NCBI GenBank assembly: GCA_004297735.1
Contig: SCTI01000002.1
Span: 160-64,159, forward strand
Direction: 5' to 3'
Length of the DNA stretch: 64,000 nt
DNA from: Patescibacteria group bacterium
GTDB taxonomy: Bacteria > Patescibacteriota > Saccharimonadia > UBA4664 > SCTI01
Position 1 is the stretch's first letter, and every line of letters begins with the position of its first letter. The notes below the pieces were generated by a model. That model was not told the origin of the DNA. It was given only the letters and a program-made list of their open reading frames with translations, and did not search any database. Shown here in pieces: positions 58,461 to 64,000 of the stretch. The translations under genes and the position numbers were made by a program.

Positions 58461-58721
58461 TCAGCCTAGCAAGCTGTTGGCGCCCTGGACCAACAGCTGC
58501 ATTAGCAAAAAAGCGACCAGCGGAGCAAAATCAATCATCTGTGTCTTTGGCAGAATCATCCGAATTGGTATTAATACTGGCTCGGTTAAATCAACCAATA
58601 GCGCGCCAAAACCGCCCTTGGGGTTTGGGTCGATCCAGCTCATTAATACGCGCGCCAATAAAACGATATTAAAAATAAAGACAAATAAATTAATAAAATT
58701 TAAAGAAAACTCGGCTAGCAT
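58461..58721 (-). CDS. yggT: YggT (YlmG/Ycf19) family membrane protein
   Basis: 86 aa, two TM helices, typical YggT sequence; precedes ileS as in Gram-positive division clusters. Confidence 0.75.
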   Translation of the reverse strand: MLAEFSLNFINLFVFIFNIVLLARVLMSWIDPNPKGGFGALLVDLTEPVLIPIRMILPKTQMIDFAPLVAFLLMQLLVQGANSLLG

Positions 58722-58725
58722 TGGC

Positions 58726-59070
58726 TTATAAACCGCCTCGGTAGGCGTCGGCCACTCGCTGTGGAGCCGGTAGCTCGCTCTCCCATTTTGCGGTCAAGGA
58801 GCCATCGCCATCGGTCACTAGTATCGCCGGTCGCTGCATTACCCCATACAGCTCGGCCAAAGCGATGCCGTCGCGGCTGTCCGCGTCAAGCAAATCAACC
58901 GTAATACCCTCTTCACGCTCAAGTTTGCGCACCAAGTAGTCAATGTGGCGATCAGCCGGGGTACTTTTAGTAAACAGCAACGTAACTTTCATGCTTACAA
59001 GTATACCAAATATAAAAGCGCTTTCGCGCCCCGAGTCATTTGTGACCCGAGGCGCTAACCAGTAGCTCAT
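58726..59070 (-). CDS. Hypothetical protein with thioredoxin/glutaredoxin-like fold lacking CxxC (alternative start MKVTLLF at 58992)
   Basis: Strong SD GGAGGAAT before ATG at 59070 overlapping upstream stop (ATGA coupling); MKVTLLFTKSTPAD..ITVDLLDADSRDGIALAELYGVMQRPAILVTDGDG resembles Grx beta-alpha-beta-alpha pattern without cysteines. Confidence 0.4.
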   Translation of the reverse strand: MSYWLAPRVTNDSGRESAFIFGILVSMKVTLLFTKSTPADRHIDYLVRKLEREEGITVDLLDADSRDGIALAELYGVMQRPAILVTDGDGSLTAKWESELPAPQRVADAYRGGL

Positions 59071-59357
59071 GCCAGGGATTCCTCCGGCGGCTCAACGTCG
59101 CAAACACCCCTCAACCAGAGCTCGGTATCGAGCTGGTGCGCGAAGCGCTTGAGGCTGAGATTGCGCCCAACCTTGACGTCAACCGAGACGGAGGTCGAAA
59201 AGTCTCTACCCTCGCCAAAGCGCTCAAGCGCTCGGCGATCCTCCGGGCTGATGTATTCTGGTCCACCTATTCCAGAGTGGTCCAGGCGAACCAGCAACTT
59301 GCAGGCAGATAAGGCTGATTTGACGGTCAGGCGATACGTGGGCGGCTCCTTAAGCAT
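59067..59357 (-). CDS. Hypothetical protein (96 aa), GC-rich
   Basis: SD GAGGAGGAG before ATG (MLKEPPTYRL...); translationally coupled to downstream ORF. Confidence 0.4.
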   Translation of the reverse strand: MLKEPPTYRLTVKSALSACKLLVRLDHSGIGGPEYISPEDRRALERFGEGRDFSTSVSVDVKVGRNLSLKRFAHQLDTELWLRGVCDVEPPEESLA

Positions 59358-59764
59358 TACTCCTCCTCGCAATTGGTGACCCAACAAAAAAGAGTCCGCT
59401 TGGACTCCCTACTGCGTTTGCTTGTGCGTTTAAGCTACGATGAAGTCCGAGGTTGATGGCCAAGCATCAGCAGGCCGCTCACGACGAGCAGGACTACGGT
59501 GACGAGACTGTTACCAACGGTCTTCATACGGCTTAGACTACGCCTCCAATTTAATGATGTCAACAGATTAAGATAAGAAAGTTTCGGACCGGGCCCGACG
59601 CCTTCCCTTTGCAGAGAAAGTGTCGGAACCCAGCCCGTGTCTGCCCTCGGCCGTCAACCGAAGGCTAGATGTAGATCACTATCCTTTCCACCCCTGGTCG
59701 TGATCAAAATACCAAGGGATAACCTCGCCGACGGGATGCCGGCAAGACTGCTGCGACGGACGAC

Positions 59765-62700
59765 CTAGCTGCAGCCGGCGGTGCTGCCACAGCTATTGCA
59801 GACGGGGCAAGGCCCACCCTTGCGAACCATCAAGCCACCGCAATCGGAACAGATGCCCGCCACGGACAGGCCGAGGTAGGTAAGCGGCTGCTCCGCAGGC
59901 GAATCCGGCTTGCTACCGTCACCGGTTGTCGAAACAGCAAGCTCCTGCTGAGCTGCCTCCGCGTACTCGACCGGAGTCGACCCACCGGCATCCTCAGCCA
60001 TCTTGCGCTTGCGCACCTCAGGCGTCAAGATGCCGAGCTCCTCCTGGACATCCGTATCCAGGAAGCGGCTGGCCAGCCAGCGCATGATGTAGTCCGGCAG
60101 ACTCTTGGCGAACGGGATCTCGATGTTCTCGGTGATCCCTTCCGGCTCGAATCGCACGAAGCTGAACTTCTCCACCAGCGTCTCAAGCGGCACCCCGTAC
60201 TGGAGCGCGATCGAGATCGCCGTGGCGAAGGAGTTCATCATGCCCTTGAGCGCTGAGCCTTCCTTGCCGAGACCGTTGATGAAGATCTCTCCCATCGTCC
60301 CGTCCTCGTACATACCGGCCACAATGTAGCCTTCGTGACCTCCGAGGACGAACTTGTGAGTGATCGACTTGCGCTCCCGCGGCATCCTCCGGCGAGCCGG
60401 TGTGCCGCGAGCGATCTCGACGAGGATCAGGGTGATCATCTCCGACTCGTCCGCCGTCAGGACCTTGCGGTCACCAATGAGGGACTCGTAGAGATCGCCG
60501 ACTGCCTTGAGTGTGGGCACGCCCTTGATCAGGGCATGCTCGAACACCTCGCACAAGGCCTCGACCGCCGCGCGCTGGATCGGCTCGCCGAGCTCAACGC
60601 CCGACTCGCCCTTACCCATCTGCGCGTCCGTGCGCAGCGCCTGGGCGGTCTTGGACCCATCGCGGTAGATGGCCAGAGCCTTGACGCCGAGGCGCCAGGC
60701 CTGGGTGTACGCGTCAGCGATGTCCTCGACGGTGGTCTCCTGCGGCATGTTGACCGTCTTGGAGATCGCACCGCTGATGAACGGCTGAACCGCACCCATC
60801 ATCTTGATGTGGCCCATGTGGCTGATCGCCCGCTCGCCGACCGCGACATCGAACACCGGCAGGTGCTTCGGGTCGAGACCCGGAGCGCCGATGATCGTGC
60901 CGTGCTCGGTGATGTACTCCTCGATGACCTCGATCTTCTGGTCGTTGTACCCGAGGGTACGCAGAGCCAGCGGAACCGTCCGGTTAGGGATGGTCATCTG
61001 ACCGCCACCAACCAGCTCCTTGAACTTGACCAGCGAGAAGTCCGGCTCGACGCCGGTGGTGTCGCAGTCCATCAGGAACGAGATCGTCCCCGTCGGTGCG
61101 AGCACCGTGGCCTGCGCGTTGCGGTAGCCGTGCTGCTCGCCGAGCGTGACCGCCTGATGCCAGGCAAGGCGCGCCTCGGCCAGCAGATCCATGTCACGAA
61201 TGTGACCATCCGGGATCTGCTGTGCGGCGTCATGGTGCATCCGCATCACCTTGTTGTGCGGCTCGCGGTTATCGGCGTACCTGTCGTACGGACCGATGGC
61301 CGCCGCGATCTTGGCCGACTGAGCGTAAGCCCGACCGGTCATGAGCGCGGTGATGGCCGCCGCCGTTGCCCGACCCTTGTCGGAGTCGTACGGCATGCCG
61401 TTGGCCATCAGGTAGGCACCGAGGTTGGCGTACCCCAGGCCGAGCTGACGGAACGCTCGCGCGTTATCACCGATCTCCTCCGTCGGGTAGGACGAAGGGC
61501 CAACGATGATCTCCTGCGCCAGGAACACGATGTCCACCGCTTGCTTGAAGCGCTCGGTGTCGAACGTGCCATCCTCACGCCGGAACTTCATCAGGTTCAG
61601 CGAGGCCAGGTTGCAGGCCGAGTCATCGACATGCATGTACTCGCTGCACGGGTTCGAGGCGTTGATGCGCCCCGAGTTCGGATCGGTGTGCCACTGGTTG
61701 ATGGTGGTGTCGTACTGCACGCCAGGGTCGGCACAGCGCCAGGCCGCCTCCGCGATGTCTCGCATCAGGTCCCGAGCCGGAATCGGATCGCCGACCGGAT
61801 CCCCGGTCTTGCGAGCGATCAGGTGCCAGTCCTCGTCGTTCTCGACCGCCTGCATGAACTCGTCCGACACGCGGACCGAGTTGTTGGCGTTCTGGTACTG
61901 AACGTGCCTGAAGCCGCGACCGTCGATGGACATGTCGAAGCCCTTTTCCTGCAGAGCCCCGGCCACCTCTTCGGCCTCGACCTTACACCAGATGAACTCC
62001 CGGATGTCCGGGTGGTCCACGTCCAGCACTACCATCTTGGCCGCCCGACGTGTCTTGCCGCCGGACTTGATGGTGCCGGCCCAGGAGTCGGCGCCACGCA
62101 TGAACGACACCGGTCCGCTGGCCGTGCCGCCCTTGCTCAGCGGCTCCATCGAACCGCGGATCGCCGACAGGTTGATGCCGGAACCGGAGCCGCCGCGGAA
62201 GATCTTACCCTCCCGCGTGTTCCAGTCCAGGATCGAATCCATCGTGTCCTCGACACTCAGGATGAAGCAGGCCGAGCACTGCGGGTTCTCTTCGAACCCG
62301 ACGTTGAACCAGACCGGGCTGTTGAAAGCCGCCGCCTGGTCCAGCAGCAGGAAGAGCAGCTCGTCGTAGAAGATCGAGGCCGGGTGATCGGGCTCCTGCT
62401 CACGCAGAACCTCGATCTTCCCCCGCCCAGGACCGAAGTAGCCCCTGGCCATACCCCACTGGGTGATGGTCTTGGCAACCCGGCCGGTCATCTGCCTGAC
62501 CGAGCGCTCACGCGTCGGTGAGCCCAGCTGTCCGCGGAAGTACTTCTGCGCCACGATGTTGGTGGCGTTCTGGCTCCACAACTTCGGGAACTCGACGTCC
62601 TTCTGCTCGAACGCGACCTTGTCGCCGTGACCGATGCGCGCGTCACGGGTCTCCCAGTCGACGGTGTCGAACGGGTGCACGCCCTCCTTGGTGAAGTAGC

Positions 62701-62782
62701 GCGTGATCTTGAGAGGCTTGCTAGCTACGCCGTTATGGGGCGCCGCCAGCGTCTGCTGACCTTCGGTTTCGGTCGATGCCAT
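59765..62782 (-). CDS. nrdJ: Ribonucleoside-diphosphate/triphosphate reductase class II (adenosylcobalamin-dependent), high-G+C xenolog
   Basis: 1005 aa; class II RNR core; C-terminal Cys-rich zinc ribbon CSDCGGLMVRKGGPCPVCNSCGSTAGCS; G/C-rich third positions unlike adjacent nrdR. Confidence 0.85.
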   Translation of the reverse strand: MASTETEGQQTLAAPHNGVASKPLKITRYFTKEGVHPFDTVDWETRDARIGHGDKVAFEQKDVEFPKLWSQNATNIVAQKYFRGQLGSPTRERSVRQMTGRVAKTITQWGMARGYFGPGRGKIEVLREQEPDHPASIFYDELLFLLLDQAAAFNSPVWFNVGFEENPQCSACFILSVEDTMDSILDWNTREGKIFRGGSGSGINLSAIRGSMEPLSKGGTASGPVSFMRGADSWAGTIKSGGKTRRAAKMVVLDVDHPDIREFIWCKVEAEEVAGALQEKGFDMSIDGRGFRHVQYQNANNSVRVSDEFMQAVENDEDWHLIARKTGDPVGDPIPARDLMRDIAEAAWRCADPGVQYDTTINQWHTDPNSGRINASNPCSEYMHVDDSACNLASLNLMKFRREDGTFDTERFKQAVDIVFLAQEIIVGPSSYPTEEIGDNARAFRQLGLGYANLGAYLMANGMPYDSDKGRATAAAITALMTGRAYAQSAKIAAAIGPYDRYADNREPHNKVMRMHHDAAQQIPDGHIRDMDLLAEARLAWHQAVTLGEQHGYRNAQATVLAPTGTISFLMDCDTTGVEPDFSLVKFKELVGGGQMTIPNRTVPLALRTLGYNDQKIEVIEEYITEHGTIIGAPGLDPKHLPVFDVAVGERAISHMGHIKMMGAVQPFISGAISKTVNMPQETTVEDIADAYTQAWRLGVKALAIYRDGSKTAQALRTDAQMGKGESGVELGEPIQRAAVEALCEVFEHALIKGVPTLKAVGDLYESLIGDRKVLTADESEMITLILVEIARGTPARRRMPRERKSITHKFVLGGHEGYIVAGMYEDGTMGEIFINGLGKEGSALKGMMNSFATAISIALQYGVPLETLVEKFSFVRFEPEGITENIEIPFAKSLPDYIMRWLASRFLDTDVQEELGILTPEVRKRKMAEDAGGSTPVEYAEAAQQELAVSTTGDGSKPDSPAEQPLTYLGLSVAGICSDCGGLMVRKGGPCPVCNSCGSTAGCS

Positions 62783-62936
62783 TGAGCATCTTCCCCTTTC
62801 TGCCTACAGGCAGTCGTTGATAGGCTGCCTGGCGGCAGTACTACGTAGTTGGCTTGTCAAAGACCTTTCGGATACAAACGTACTGTTAGATACCCGTGAG
62901 ATGGCTGCGCGAAGCAGCTACCACACGGACCCCCAA

Positions 62937-63401
62937 CTATCTTTTTAATGGACGGCGCTTTAGTCTAGCCAGTTCGGCTTCAAACGACTCCACATCGGTA
63001 AAGGAGCGATACACGCTAGCAAAGCGGACATAAGCCACGTCATCAAGCTCCAGCAAGTGATCCATGGCCAGCTCGCCAATTCGCTCCACCGACACCTCCG
63101 GCTCCCCCAGCGAACGAAGTTCACGCTCAATCTGGTTGATGGTTTCCTCAAGCTGCGAAGCGGCAACCGGACGCTTTTCGCAAGCCCGGTACAGCCCGCC
63201 AGCCAGCTTTTGACGATCAAATGGCTCACGGCGGCCGTCCTTCTTTATAATGGTCAGTCGAGGCTGTTCGGTTCGTTCGTAGGTGGTAAAACGAAAGCTA
63301 CACTTTAGACACTGACGCCGACGGCGGATTTGAGCGCCGTCCTCTAAGTCGCGCGACTCAATCACCTTAGAATCTAAGTAACCACAATCTGGGCATCTCA
63401 T
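62937..63401 (-). CDS. nrdR: Transcriptional repressor NrdR
   Basis: MRCPDCGYLDSKVIESR zinc ribbon + ATP-cone; 154 aa; native G+C. Confidence 0.9.
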   Translation of the reverse strand: MRCPDCGYLDSKVIESRDLEDGAQIRRRRQCLKCSFRFTTYERTEQPRLTIIKKDGRREPFDRQKLAGGLYRACEKRPVAASQLEETINQIERELRSLGEPEVSVERIGELAMDHLLELDDVAYVRFASVYRSFTDVESFEAELARLKRRPLKR

Positions 63402-63605
63402 ACCGAAACAGTCTCCCCTACACCGATTTAAAATGAGCGATTAACACCACCCTTGGTGTATTATTCTTGTGCTTACTCCATATCTAGCGTAAGCACTATC
63501 TACTATAACGCTTGTGCTCCTATGGATGTCAATCTTGATTTTAGGTATAAATGTTAGGTAAATAATTTTGACCTAGGTTCACTTCGCGTGAACCAGGTCC
63601 ACAGT

Positions 63606-64000
63606 CTAGTGCTTGCGGCGGCGGATGAAGGCCGGTACATCCAGGTCGTCATCGCTAACTCGACCGGTAACCGCGCCGGCGGCTCGCTGGATTAGCGAAC
63701 GAGCACCCTTTTTAGCAGGCTCGGGCGAAGCGCTGGGCTTGGCGGTCTTTTTTGGCTCATCATTAAATAGATCGTGGTCGTCATCGTCGTGATCAGCTGG
63801 GGTGGCCTCGTCTTCCGGCTCAATTGAGCTAACGGTGGGCTGAGGTTTCTTGGCAAACAGGTCATCTTCATCAGCCGTGCTGTCGGCCGAATCGATCGAA
63901 GCTGAGCTGGTTTGTTCATCAATAAAAGGCTTGGCGGCAAACCGATGGGCCACCGGCTGTGGTTCTGGCTCCGGCTCATCAACCTTAATATCGATGGCGG
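63606..64000 (-). CDS. ftsZ: Cell division protein FtsZ, C-terminal part (gene continues beyond window edge)
   Basis: Acidic disordered linker ending in conserved C-terminal peptide DDLDVPAFIRRRKH; frame stays open to position 64000 (track M is a GTG). Confidence 0.6.
   Translation of the reverse strand, partial: AIDIKVDEPEPEPQPVAHRFAAKPFIDEQTSSASIDSADSTADEDDLFAKKPQPTVSSIEPEDEATPADHDDDDHDLFNDEPKKTAKPSASPEPAKKGARSLIQRAAGAVTGRVSDDDLDVPAFIRRRKH

Noticed and set aside
60335-62521. 728-aa plus-strand ORF inside nrdJ
   Set aside because: Antisense to a clearly recognisable class II RNR. It has low-complexity Arg/Leu/Asp-rich composition typical of GC-rich antisense frames.
62783-62936. Possible cobalamin riboswitch or NrdR box in the nrdR-nrdJ spacer
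   Set aside because: Only short generic hairpins are present (GCTGC-gcgaa-GCAGC; CAGGCAGCC..CTGCCTG). There is no B12-box consensus, and B12 riboswitches normally control B12-independent isozymes. No ACAC...GTGT 16-mer was seen here.
1-64000. CRISPR arrays, rRNA genes, canonical tRNAs, IS elements with terminal inverted repeats
   Set aside because: No regularly spaced short direct repeats, no rRNA-like conserved stretches, no full cloverleaf tRNA and no transposase ORF were found by eye. The only recombinase is the serine recombinase at 53269-55002.

Overview
This 64-kb window reads as a chromosomal segment from a small, information-processing-dominated, monoderm-type genome of moderate G+C. 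That interpretation rests on sortases with LPXTG/LAXTG substrates, an FtsEX plus CHAP-hydrolase module, a class I LysRS, rpsB-tsf-frr-uppS-rseP with no pyrH or cdsA, and the near-absence of metabolic genes. A Saccharibacteria/CPR-like or other reduced Gram-positive-type lineage is an inference, not a demonstration. The backbone is almost entirely minus-strand and syntenic: ftsL-like/rsmH/mraZ, glyS, recO, a two-component pair, xseAB, ctpA, pcsB-like/ftsX/ftsE, prfB, secA, hpf, serS, lysS, greA, pbp2/mreDCB, proS, rseP/uppS/frr/tsf/rpsB, prfA/prmC, htrA, an LCP protein, lepB, parAB, a sortase with its substrate, rplU, rodA, ileS behind a T-box leader, yggT, nrdJ/nrdR and the ftsZ 3' end. Set into this backbone are several visibly higher-G+C segments with G/C-rich third codon positions, suggesting an actinobacterial-type donor. 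They comprise a tandem array of three secreted-protein genes, each with a related AT-rich consensus promoter and a GC hairpin lacking a U-tract at the 3' end. They also include two small autonomous GC-rich mini-genes in otherwise conserved intergenic regions, a class II RNR gene downstream of a native-G+C nrdR, and a roughly 2.7-kb islet encoding a large serine recombinase. That islet is inserted into the 3' end of a 67-nt tRNA-Ala/tmRNA-TLD-like mini-gene. An intact 72-nt paralog of the mini-gene, with G3:U70, a CCA end, its own terminator and duplicated 3'-end cores, lies at 40.08 kb. The ileS leader has the features of an actinobacterial ultrashort-Stem-I T-box plus an unusual 26-bp inverted repeat. 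No rRNA, canonical tRNA or CRISPR array was recognised.
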